In this document: one piece after another, positions 1 through 12,555 of the stretch | How the letters are laid out: the number at the start of each line of letters is the position of its first letter | How positions within the stretch are numbered: the stretch's first letter is position 1 | Made by a program: the position numbers and the translations under genes | The notes under the pieces: model-generated | Database searches by the model: none | The model's input: only the letters and a program-made list of their open reading frames with translations | Told to the model about the DNA's origin: nothing | Source of the DNA: Tubulanus polymorphus | Taxonomy: Eukaryota; Animalia; Nemertea | Direction of reading: 5' to 3' | NCBI RefSeq assembly: GCF_964204645.1 | Contig: NC_134026.1 | Coordinates: forward strand, 29,422,150-29,486,149 | Length of the DNA stretch: 64,000 nucleotides

Positions 1-1637
1 AGGCAATATTTCACACCTACTCCAAAAGTAGGCTATACAACAAATACTGTTTCCATTGCTCATGGCTTTCCCAATATCAGAAACGGCGTTTTTTATGCGA
101 ATATGCCAGGAAAGTCATTTCTCAATGAATGAATAAAGTGTAAATTGAATTGACCGCGACTCCACCTTATTGGGATGATCTCGGAACACGGCTTCAGCTT
201 GAACCGAATATATTAAGCTCCACTTTATCATCCACAATCTCTCGACTCAAATTCCAGACTAGTGTCTGTGTTACCGCAATTCCATTTTTTGCCAAAACTA
301 TCAGATCCGAGGCCAAGATACTGAAACCACTGATTCCTGAAATACTCGTTTGAATAATGGGGATGTGACTATGAGGACGATGATGAATAATGGGTACACG
401 GCGCAATGAGAGCAAAACTAGCTTTCATTATGTGGCGCCACCGTGCGGCTAATAGTGTTACTATGGCGGCTGTAATTTCATGTTGTTCGTTTTACGAGGT
501 ACTTAAACTTCCTTTCTGAGGCAATCAAGCGCATCAAATACATAAATATCGTTGTAAAGGTAATCAGTTTCTGAACTGAACTTTATTTACACTATATGAC
601 GGCGGCTGACACTGTGCTAAATGGGTTAAGCCGTCAAGGATTAAAACTCCATCCGGCGATCAGACCGTCGTCGATTCTTTCTTTAACAAAAGTTTGACTC
701 AAGATACTCAACCTTTTGCCCCTTTTCATTACCTCACACAGACCGACACATTCACCAGTCATCAGTTTTTCTAAGTAAATACTGGACTAAAATTATACCA
801 AAAACAAAACCTGCTAATTTAGGTCCGTTATAACTTGCCTATCTCTCCATCTTCTCCACTACTGAATCTAAGAAAAGAGAAAAGAAACTGACAAAATGAA
901 AAAAAATGAGAGGTTGGGAGAGGGTATTGTATAATTGCACTGGTCAGCCTGTAGGAAATATTCAAATAGTCTGAACTGAATGAAATATAATCAACTATCT
1001 CTTTAACAACTGCCAATTAAATATCAGTGTAAATTGATGAAATGAGTTTCCATCCCCCTGACCCTGGTTGTTCCCGGGTTAATACCGAATTCGATTCTCC
1101 TAATGACGATGGATTGGTATCCTTGAGACTTACATCTTGTGCGCCAAGTGCTTGTTGCAGTAATGGCTTAAAATTAGGGCCAGTCCTTGAAACCAGAATT
1201 AAGACCACGACTGCAAGAGAGCAACTGATTCCTGATTGGAATAGCTTATTGCTTATTTCTTATTTTTAGATGAGAAGAAATGATGATTTGCTTATCATAT
1301 TCAATAAAATCGCCTTAAAAATCCTGAATCAGAAAATTATGTTTAACTGGCACCTGTGGATATAGAGGACCTAATTGATTAACAAAACAAATCAAGCTCT
1401 GAATGATCCGTTCTAACAAATTATTAGCACAATCCATTTTAAACGCCATTGATAGTCAAATGAGCTGCATCCTGTCATAGCCCTTACCGTAATTGCTAAA
1501 ACGCACGCCAAAATTTCTGTGCAAATCTTTGATGAAATGAATTTTTTTTATACGAACAGGTTTAAACTGTCAGACTGGATCACCAGCCACAGTTTGTGCC
1601 AGGACCCTGGCCTCAAAATCAACCACCTCCACCTTAC

Positions 1638-4610
1638 ATGATGCCAGCGCCACGAATGCCAAGCCCTTTACCGAGGGATCCTGCCATGGCTATGCCGTAA
1701 GTATCATTCCAACTTTTTATTTGTACGTATGTAGTTTTGTCAGATTTGGTGTTACTTAACTTATGAATAGACACAGATGTGATTATAGTTGTGTGATGTG
1801 CAGTCATCATTTTTTGTTTAAATCGAAGTACATAATTGGAAATTTTGGTTCCGGTTAATTTTGAAGATTGTGATCGAAATTCAGTTTAACTTAACTGATT
1901 ATGCTCAAATATTTTGTATTAACCTTAGCTAACTTAAGCTTATCAACTGTTGTGTTCATCATTGTTGACTAGATATTAAATAAAATTATAACCAGGAGAA
2001 GATCCACGGTCCAATCTCGACTACCTCACCAATGAAAAAGGCACATTTGCTTGGGAACAATACCATCAACCCCCAACCCAAAATACTTTTCAGATTAAGT
2101 GTACTTGGAAATTTTGACTCGTCAAACATTTTTAAAAGTTTCAAAGTCGATTTGAATTTTTTTCTGCCTTCATGTAGAGCAATTCGGAGTGCTTCACACG
2201 AGGCATAATCCACTCCTGATGAAAGATATATCAATTCCTAGTTTACCAATTTGGAAGATTATACTAGTGTAAATTGTGTAGAATTTAAGCTGAACATTTC
2301 TACTTGCTTGTCTTCATTTGATTTAAATCTTTTCCCTCTTTTTCCTTCTCTGCGCTTTAATCTATTTTTCTCTAATCACCACCATGATGTACCTTTGTCC
2401 TCCAGATCTGACTACGACTACAATTTGAGAGTAGTTACTCTTTCTAGAGTTCCACTACTGCCAAAAATATCGAAATACTCTTGAAATCAGAATAATTTTT
2501 AGTTCATTTTCTATTAGCCTTAACTACTTTACTCAATTTTCATTTTTTTGAAACCATTCAAATGAAACCTCATTTATACAAACTCTGATAATACAGATTT
2601 ATTGCGTGAATCAAAATTGGAATTTTTTCCTAAAATAGGATGATTATTTATAATTTCATACTGAATAGAATGAACTATCGATTATAACAAAACAGATTTT
2701 CCTGTGCCCTGAAGTTCGTTGTACCGAGTTTCAACTGTAGAAACAAGAGATTTCAGGTATGGTAGTTGGGACTGCTCCTCGCCCCTCTCTCCTGTATCTG
2801 ATGCAGGCACTTGTCGTCGTTAAGTTTATTCGTAACCACTTGTAAAACTACATCAGCAATATTTACCAACTTATCACCTTTTATCGCGTTACCGCGGTTA
2901 CTATCAGACGCTATTCACGTTACTAGGCAACTAAACTTCGGATAAAGTGTCCAATGTTTGGACATAAAAGTTACATGAGCTCACAGTATTTCATATCTGT
3001 TACTGGTGGCTTTCATTCTGCTACGTCTCTGATATCATCTAACAGTTATTTGCCTACTTGGTATGTATTGTATTATAGTGTATTGCATGTATTCTGTTTT
3101 TCTTACGAATTGGATTTAAATATTTGAGTTTGTTATACTTTAATCTAAAGATATATTTGAAGTCGAGGTAATTTTCAGTAATTTTTTGTCGTCATTCCTG
3201 ACCACTTTGGGAGTAGTTTCTGCCCTTTTAAGAGCTCATCTATTCCCAAAAAATATTTGAACACTCTCGAAATCAGACTTATTTTTAGTTCATTTTCGAT
3301 TAAACAACTATTTTGATGTCAAATTATTCTAATTTGTGTTGAAACTACTACGATTAGAGATATCAGGTGATCTCATCTGTGTTGTATTAATCAAGAAAAT
3401 TTCTCTCATCAATTTATTCAAATTCGTGCAAAGTGATTTGAAGACTTTCATCAATTTTTTAAAGACAATTCATAATCAATGAAGAATTTTGTTCTGCTTT
3501 TAACATACAGCGAAGTGTACCGTCGACCGGTATATAAAGAATTTATGTATGAAAAACATTATAATTTAGTCTGAAAGCTGTGAATTATCATTCATTTGAC
3601 AGAAATATTATCTAATTATATGTAATTATCCATATACTACGTGGTGTAGGTCAACTGAGTATGGATTGATTTATTAATGTAGGTTTTTATCATGCCAGTA
3701 ATCCACAGCACTGTTGTGTCTGAGTCTTACAAAATGTTCAAATAATTTGAGGTTGTTCAAGGCCCCTACGAACTCTCCCTTAAACTCTCTTGAGCAGGTT
3801 TTTCTTTGTGGTAGATAGTGTGATAGTTTGCTGATAGATGGCACCATAGATTCAGTTCTCTCATTACAGCGAAACCGCTACTGAAATTTCATTAAATTTA
3901 CTGCTAAAAATATCGTGTTTAAGAATGTTTTCAACTATGCAGTATATATTCTATTCAATACAATAGTCAATGAAAATATGATTCACTATTTTAAGGAATT
4001 AAATTCATCTGTTTTTTTTCTGTCTCTGATAGTTTTGCAGTTATTTAATGCCCTGATAATATTTTCCTAAACAAATAATTAAATTCACTCTCATCCCTGA
4101 TTCAGGGATATGTTTTTTTGTCTGTGCAGATTAAAAAAACGATGCTTCAATTTCATAGCTGTGAGATAAGTTTTTCCATAATTTTTTGGTCGAAGCTGAA
4201 TTCATTTGTTACAATCGACAAAATGTGTTGCCGTGGCAACATTTACAATGCTTTTGTCTTAATTTACGAAACTTTTCTATAAGTTTCGTACCAGATCGAG
4301 TTTTGGGTTGATATTTTATTGTGCTTTGCTCCGATCTTCACTCTGTCGATTCTTGCCGATTTCAATGGTTACCATGGTAACATTAGCTGCCACTGTATAA
4401 AACTCGGAGCCGAGTAATGGGGATGTACCATGTGATAGGGAGATAGATCGGGTGAGTTTAAATCGGTCGGAGGGGTGGTAGCGATGTTTCACCTGTACGC
4501 AATGAAGGAATAGATATTGATTATTTTGGTCCAGTCAGCATCCCCTCATCGAGCATCATTCTCTATGACAATAAGCTAGTCCACATCCTTACAGTTAAAT
4601 ATATATATAT

Positions 4611-4643
<33 letters not shown>

Positions 4644-7600
4644 CATACTTACAGTAATATTCGTACATAAAGCTGTACGATTGGAGGCAAATTGTTTAGA
4701 TTTTATGTGCTTCATCTTTCTCTTATTCTCATTTTATTTGAATATTTCTTACTCAGAATCTCTTTATTCCCTTTATGTAATGTTTTCTTAAAGATGTTAT
4801 ACGAAATATATTCCAATACAATGTTTTGAATTATTAACGCTGAAGCTGCTGGATTTGCTAATAGTACGATATCGAACATCCATTTCAGTTAAAAGTTTAA
4901 TCGCGATTGAAAATTCTCTTAAGATTGGCGTATATTTTTGTAGGGTTATTTCTGAGTGATTATTAAGATAAAAGCCCATTTCATAATGGGAGTCAATATG
5001 ATGTATTAAACTTTGAAAGAAATATCTTAATTCGACTCTGAAAAAATGGGTTTTAACCCGTGAACCACCATCACTCGGCGCACATATCTAATACGCTTAA
5101 CCCTTATATAGCTATGCTGGGTGTACTTTTAACCCATTCATGGCCACCCGTAGATTATATTGTCACGTATTAGAAAGTGACACAGGTTGTATGTGTCGCA
5201 TGTATTGAACTGTACGCGGCTTGTATTGGCAATTCTCCAATGTATTCGCATTGATCTTAGAACAGAGCATATTGAGGTTTTCCCTACCCAATGACTCGAT
5301 TTTTATGCAAATGGCAGCGCGTGGAGCAGGTTCCATACTGCATGTATAATAGTTAACTGAAGCCAATCGGATTGTCAGAGATGCAGTGAGCGCGATGTAT
5401 ATATTATACACTGCTGGGAAATACGTATATCTGCTGTTTACACCGGTTTTATGATGGAATAAAATTTCTCGTCAAACTTTATCCGTATCGTAGAGGAGTG
5501 TTTAATCTAGTCAAATGATGATGAACATGTTAGACGGTGGTCAGATGCCCATGGGGCCTGGCCCGGGCCCTAAAGGACCCATGAATCCGGGAATGACACC
5601 GGATCCTTACTATAGTCCTCAATTTGCTCCTGCTCCTTGTTACAGGCGACATACTCCTTATATGGGGCAACCGGATTACAGGATTTATGAACTTAATAAA
5701 CGTTTACAGCAAAGAACCGAGGTAAGTTCTACTGCTTACTATTTCACGTCACTAATCGTCACATAAACTTCACATTTTATAAATTATGGAAAAACTGTGT
5801 TGACTACTGAAACTATATGCATTAATACAAATCAGACGAGTTGATTGTCTGATTATATTCAATGTGTAACATTAGATTGATATATAGTTGGGTACAGTTT
5901 GCATTTAGCGTTGTTGATGCATGTATTACACGCCGAGTCTATTGTATTGATAATGTATACAGACAGCAGTAGTACTACATTTTAATTCACGTATCTGAAA
6001 CCTGAAAAGTGCTGTATTTTCAATATGAAATCCTACAATATTGTGTCGTATATTTGCAGGAAAGTGACAATCTGTGGTGGGATGCATTCTGTACAGAATT
6101 TTTTGAAGATGATGCGACGCTTACGTTGTCATTTTGTTTAGAAGATGGACCAAAGAGATATAGTACGTGTTGATGGTTCGATTAGTCTTTGTTCAAAAAC
6201 TCACACCGAAGTCATCACTAGAAATGGTTTCCTGATATAACCCGAGCTAATTTGAGACTCAATATTAAACCATAGCCATATAACATTAGGTAGACATACT
6301 GAGCCTGGGGGTAAGATCTGAGGGTCTTACCAAATCTATTGGGCAAAATTATCAGAAAAGAATATTCTGGCAGTGATGCATCGTTTTGACAGGCAATATA
6401 CCTTTTTTGGACAAAATTGTGCCTTTGTTTCACAGAAAGTGCCCTTTAAAGAAACATAGTGCCCAAAGGCCGTTCTGTGATTTTCTGAAGGGGTTGGACC
6501 AGAATTTCTGGTCCAAAATAATTCTGTAATATTTTGAATGGGTGCTTTATTTCAAAAGGGTGGATTTGGCCACATGAGCACATGCAGGCTTGATGCATTG
6601 GAGGAGAAATTTATGAAAATTTGGGGCAAAAGAAGGCTTTTCTGGTTTTATTCCTCAAATTACTGAACTTTGGAGCATATTTGAATATATTCTTATTTTT
6701 CATTGCCAAAGAAAATGTTCCTAACTTTTTGGAGGGCACATTTGAACATACTTTGAAATGGGTGTTAATCCGCACTTGGTGCCAATTTTTACGTTACGTG
6801 CCTTAGAATGAATAGGGCTCTCGAGGTTTTGAGGGTCTTACAGAAATTCCGCGCCTGGATCCATCCACCTATGAAGTCTCCGATCTGAAACTTTATATTT
6901 ATGTTTGTTTTGTAGCTATAGGAAGAACTTTGATACCGAGATATTTCCGCAGTATTTTTGAAGGTGGCGTAACAGATTTATATTATATATTAAAACATCC
7001 CAAAGAATCATTCCATAATACGACATTAACGTTAGACTGCGATCAGGCTATGATGGTTACCCACCACGGTAAACCTATGTTTACCAAGGTTTGTATACCG
7101 GTACATTAAAATTTCTTAAAATCAAATTCGAAATTCTATTCGAGTCACTCGCGTTTCCCTCGAGACTGCATCGAAAACAAGTTATGATTTTGTCGTATAT
7201 AGGTAATAACGGAAGGCCGATTGATATTAGAATTTACATTTGATGATCTTATGAGAATTCGTTCTTGGCATTTTGCAACAAGGCAGCATCGTGAATTAAT
7301 ACCACGTAGTGTGATAGCCATGCAGGTACATGTACGTTGTTTTTCTTATATTTCCCTCATCATTTCCTATACGAATTGTTTTATAGATAAAACAAATAAT
7401 GCTCGTTGAATCCATACTCAGGGGTCAGATTGATGTGAATAATTGATGTCTGTTTCAAGAAATTGTGAAAAAATAAAATCATGAAAATGGTGAAAAATCT
7501 AAGAAAAGTGTATAGCAAAATGTTTTTATCTCCTTTCTTTGTCATTTTCTGAGGAGGTGAGAATTTATGCATAAGTTGGGTTAAGTTTTAAGAATTTTAT

Positions 7601-9595
7601 TTCAATCTGTCCCGATATTGTTCAGTAACTGCTTATGTCATTGTACCTTGACATAGAAAAATGTGCAAAAATCATGAAATATTATGTGAAAAATCCTGGT
7701 GTTGTGAAAAAACCAATAGTTAAGATATGAAAAATCTGAAAATTCACTGAGTTGATCAATCTGAGCCCTGATACTGTATAACTGGCTAAACTTATACTTA
7801 ATTGTTTTTTGTTTTGATGTTTACAGCAGGATCCAGCGATGGTTGAACAGCTCTCAAAAAACATCACGCGACAAGGATTAACAAATTATACTTTAAATTT
7901 TCTAAGAGTGAGTACAGATTTTCGATTGCTTTTCAGATGAGCTGAATAAAGAGCCATGGAAATTTCCGATTGTAGACGATAAGTTGAATTTTAAGTAGAA
8001 ACTTCTTAATTGTATTATTTTCTCTGTTCGATAGTTATGTGTTATATTAGAACCAATGCAAGAACTGATGTCAAGGCACAAGGCGTACGGTTTAAATCCT
8101 CGAGACTGTCTCAAAACGACGTTATTTCAAAAATGGCAGAGAATGGTAGCTCCGCCAGGTAAAGGTGTGCTATCTATCATCAACATTTTTATTATTTTTA
8201 CATTTTTTGACTTATGAAATATCGATTACTGTAATATGGATCGATTGAAAATAATTCACAAGATACAACATTTTGGTTAATATTCTTTCCAAAGTTTTCA
8301 ATTTTCCCTTTTAAACACATTAAGATAATTTCCCAACAAAATTATGTCTTGACAATTTTTATTTGCAAGTGTTTATCTTATGGAGTTTAAACACTAAAAC
8401 CATTTAGTTTGGTCAGAACTCGGTTTCCTGTTCAATTTGATACGAAATTCAATGCAAATTTTGATATCATTTGATTACAGAAAGTCAACGTCAACCGAAT
8501 AAACGTAGAAAACGTAAATCATCAGCGAGCACGAACGCATCAGTGAATAGTGTTGGTAATAGTGGCGGTAAACAAAAGCGATCTCCAGGACCACAATCGG
8601 CTTCATTTAATATCTCATCATCAGTACCTGGTGTAAGTATCAACCCAAACATGTACCAGCCTTTCCCCACCCCTTTGTATCATCTGTGGGTCAAAAATAT
8701 CTCTTAATGGGATGAATGGGTAGGTATCCCCTTCATCCTCCTGGGGCCAGTTTTATAGATTACCTGTAATTTTCCTATCTAGAATTAATTCAATTGACAA
8801 ATCATTTGGTGAAAAACCCTTGGGTTAAAGTTAAGAATAGATCTAATCTATAGAACTGGTTCGTTTTGTTAGTGTATCACGTTAACACACGACCTGTCTG
8901 TGTAAACTGGTGATGTATTTTCATCTAAAGCTATTATCTAAAAGATTATATAACTGTGTACGTTGATGGTGTTAGTTTGTCATCAGCTTCTTAATGAAAT
9001 CAGTAGAAGAAACTTAAGCATTTTAATCATTTCAAATGTCAACTGTTTGTCTGAACATTTGACACTTTGGTAGATTACTTAGTGTATATGGTGTTTAGAT
9101 TGTATAGAATGGCTGATGGCTGGCTTTCATGGGTTGCTGAATCCATACTTGTAAATATCCCAAAATAGTAGTACAGTATATTTATTTTTTCAGGATGTTA
9201 TGGTAGTTGGGGAACCAACACTTATGGGTGGGGACAGTACTGATGAGGATATACGCCTAATAACACGATTAGAAAATGATAATAACAAAGAGAACACCTA
9301 GTTTGCCATCTAGTGGTCATGTTGTGAACTAATATGTACATGTTGTACATGTTTTCAGGATGTAATGGTGGTTGGGGAACCGACGTTGATGGGAGGGGAG
9401 TTCGGCGATGAGGACGAACGATTAATAACACGTCTCGAGAATACGCAGTACGAACCGAACAATGGAGATGACGATCCTAATAATTACCACAGTTCAGCGG
9501 CGTTGAAGTCCGGACCGTGGGGACAACCGCCTCCAGATAGTAAAACTCCCCAACCTCCTAATCCTCCGAACTCTACCGAAGATAAGAAAGACTGA
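1638..9595 (+). CDS. LDB1: LIM domain-binding protein (LDB1/LDB2/Chip), spliced. Exons ~1574/1638-1696, 5511-5721, 6060-6162, 6916-7088, 7203-7325, 7827-7907, 8035-8158, 8481-8632, 9359-9595 (alternative last exon 9194-9301)
   Basis: Joined exons give RRHTPYMGQPDYRIYELNKRLQQRTEESDNLWWDAFCTEFFEDDATLTLSFCLEDGPKRY..., the NLS PNKRRKRK and the LID DVMVVGEPTLMGGEFGDEDERLITRLENTQY, near-identical to known LDB1/Chip. GT-AG junctions are in phase. The N-terminal exon and start codon are less certain; the in-frame join is CC|T CAA ATG at 5511. Confidence 0.97.
2570..2739. mobile_element. Degenerate Tc1/mariner-pogo(Tigger)-like MITE remnant in an LDB intron
   Basis: Ends ...cctgaagttcgttgtaccgagtttcaactgTA. 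A related sequence occurs at ~38806-39052. Confidence 0.4.
4599..4642. repeat. (AT)n microsatellite, interrupted
   Basis: Direct reading of the sequence. Confidence 0.95.
8741..8859. mobile_element. Short palindromic MITE (GG[GA][CT]CCAGTT... family) in an LDB intron
   Basis: Terminal inverted repeats ccagttttatagatta ... taatctatagaactgg, with termini similar to the copies at 30903, 38919, 41166 and 48377. Confidence 0.5.
9194..9301 (+). CDS. Alternative terminal exon of LDB/Chip encoding a variant LIM-interaction domain (DVMVVGEPTLMGGDSTDEDIRLITRLENDNNKENT*)
   Basis: Strong acceptor tttattttttcag at 9181-9193, phase 0 like the 9359 exon. Open for 35 codons to TAG at 9299-9301. 24/28 aa identical to the canonical LID exon. 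Confidence 0.8.
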   Translation, partial: DVMVVGEPTLMGGDSTDEDIRLITRLENDNNKENT

Positions 9596-11711
9596 GAAAT
9601 CAAAAATGGATAACATATTTTACCTTGCCAGTATACGATACAACGGATGGATTATCGCGCAGTGTCCATAGCAACACGCCCGCGGTGCACGTCGATGCAT
9701 TGTTGGCGTGCGATAACGTCAAGAACGCACATACTCTCGGAGAGGGAGACTAGTAGAGACACCTGGTGGATTACTACAACAGCCTGGTCGATATAGACGT
9801 GGTCGGTTTCCCATGTGCAATAGTGAAGTGCGAGTCAGAGAGAATTTGACAGCTGTTAGAATTAACTGTATAATAATATAGGTCAGTCGTTTGACCTACG
9901 TGAACTTTTATAAAAAATGTAAAATAAGTAAACTTAAGATCTGAGTTATTTCATGAGTAAATAATTAATTTGTTGTATGTACAGTTAGTTAGTTGATCCT
10001 GGTCCTATTTATATAAACAGAAAACTGACAGGTTCTATATATACAGTGGTGGATTAACTAAACCCACACTTTCTCTTCTTGAGTTGAAATTATGACGAAG
10101 GAAAAATAGAATCCTTACAGTAAATTAATGGGTAATCGTTTATATTCAGTGAAATTAATGTTTGTTGTGTTGAGTGAATTGACCACTGTGTAAGAGGCTT
10201 GAATTTCTAGAGAACATGTATGTAGTCGATTTAGTATTTATTGTTGAATATTTAACTGTTATACAGAGATTGTATACAGTAATACATGCTATATTAGTTT
10301 CTCAAACTCGGGGGCCCTTTCTGTAACAGTGATTACAACTGTGAATCTCTCTCTTTCTCTTTGTCTATTCCGAGTTCATGGGTTCGATTTTGATTTTTAT
10401 TAGTATCAAAATTGTATGAATTGTTCTTGGAAGTAGACAAAATGATCTGTTTCTGACATTATATCACCCCTGTAACTTGGGCTAGATAGTTATAGATTTC
10501 AACACAAGATGGCAGCATCTACCTACATGTGAGATGAAGCTAGATCGAATCTACTCAGAACCCATGAATTCTGAATATTTTGTATTTATTCCGTAATCAA
10601 ACTTCTGGAATGATTTTAGTTTGTAATCTCCTGTTTTCGAGCTATTTGGTATTGTTAGAATATATTTGAATCACTGCCTTTTTTAAAGGGGAGAATACAT
10701 TTTCTTATTCCAGACATTAAAACTTTATTTTGTAATGTGTCTGAACGTAATGTATGTCGCACGTTTCTGTGGCCAGAATTTCTACAGACTAATAAAAACT
10801 CCTTTCATTTGAAAGTTATAATTAAGATACATTTATCAGGTGTTTTGCTTTTATTTCTGATTAGGGATCGTTTGAGTTGAGCGGATCGGTGAAGTGATCA
10901 ACAATCTCTATCTGCAATTATTGAAAGTGACTCAAAGCCCTTTTGAAAAGCAGATTCTTCTTTTGATAAAGCTTCAGCGTTGATAGAATTATACGTTTCA
11001 AACAAAATAGTACCAGCAAAAATTCATGAAGACTAAAGTCTATGAATTTTTCATCGGACGCAGCCCACTGAACATTTATTACTCGCACATTTATTACTGC
11101 CACAGTAGCATAATCGGTCTTGAACTTGAACTTATTTTACAACTCAAACCACATTACAGTGATACATTGAGGATACAGGAATTATCATGTAAAAACAGTT
11201 ACAAAGAAATGTCGAAAAAGAACAAATTTAGCAATATTCTAACCGTCACGTGCTGCCCCTAGATATAACGTTTGCGGCGAATATGTGAACTAATTTAATC
11301 CCCGCATGCCACAGTTGGAATAATGGGCTATCGGGTTAGTTCATATATTTACCGTCAATGATATACATAGCGGCAGCACTTAACGGTCAAGTTCTGACAA
11401 CCCACTGGCGCGGAACATGACCGGCCGGACAATTTTGTGAAACGTTTTGTCAAGAAATTGTCCTACAAGAGAGCTTAGCAAGTTGATCCAATTCTGATCA
11501 ATATGTGGCACAAAGTTTAGTTGCATGCCTACCTAAGGCGATTAGATCAAATGAACAAAAGAAAACGGCGGTGATAAAAACATTTAGCCGACTGGTGCTG
11601 CCGTCAGGGACAAATTTATACCACAAGGGGGTGCACCGGTAGATTATCAGAAACTCACTGATTTTAATTTTTTAAATTAGGTACTCGTGTTGATTCACAT
11701 TTGGCTTCATA

Positions 11712-12555
11712 ATGCCTCAAGGAAAGATCAAAGTTAAAGCCCAACTACCAAGTGGTACGAAGCAAAAATCAGGGCCGCGCAAAATACCAAAATTAAAGAA
11801 AGGACGTAAGTGTTTTTGTCACTTTTGTTAATTTTTACTTCCTTTTTTTACTTCCTTATCCTATTTTAAGATAAACCAATAAAAATTAACAATAGGAGCC
11901 ATTGCAGTTTATCAATCAGGTGTTCTTAGTGGTTTTGTACCTAATCTAACCATACAATAAGACTATTCTTTATTAACGCTAACCCCACACACCACAGCAC
12001 TAGAGGGTCTAATATTAGGTAGTTAGTTATCTACTCGTTGGTGGTCAACTTTTATAATCGCACGAGCTTATACCTGTGGTATGTCCTATCGTGAGACCAC
12101 ATACAGGTTATTGATTAATGTTGTTAAAGTTCGTAAGAATTCTACGAAAGATATTGGAAAATGGATGGCATCAAGATATTATGTTGACCAGCTAAAACGA
12201 TTTATGAGTCGATGTATAAATCAAGAAAGTATCTCAAATCCATTCTTACAATTCTCATTTCATTTTTACAGCTCATATTCTGAAGCCGAAGAAACCAAGA
12301 CACATCGATGGTGCTAAGTTAAAAGAGGTTAGTACTATCAAATAGTGTCAAATGATATTACAAATCTGTGTAAGATATACGACTATTCCTTTAGTGAAAT
12401 CTGTATATAATTACTGTTTCTATTTTCAGGCAATTTCCAAAACGATTAGTCAAAATGTCGAATCGCAAGTGATTTCAAGAGCGGCCACAATTGAAAATAA
12501 GTCTCTGAACGTATTAAAAACAAACTCAACAACAAAGAAAAAGAAGAAATCCTAA
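11712..12555 (+). CDS. C19orf53: Leydig cell tumor 10 kDa protein homolog (C19orf53/UPF0390-like). Exons 11712-11805, 12272-12327, 12430-12555
   Basis: MPQGKIKVKAQLP...KKG-PHILKPKKPRHIDGAKLKE-AISKTISQNVESQVISRA...KKKKKS: a small basic protein with the family pattern. In-phase GT-AG junctions and an AATAAA at ~12609. Confidence 0.8.

Noticed and set aside
1-415. ORFs 150-353 (+) and 194-415 (-), and a possible degenerate coding tail ending GGCDYEDDDE*
   Set aside because: Multiple stops and frameshifts and no recognisable family; cannot be supported as a gene.
5050-5145. Three TTAACCC motifs suggesting telomeric or piggyBac ends
   Set aside because: Not tandem, and no matching partner termini could be assigned.
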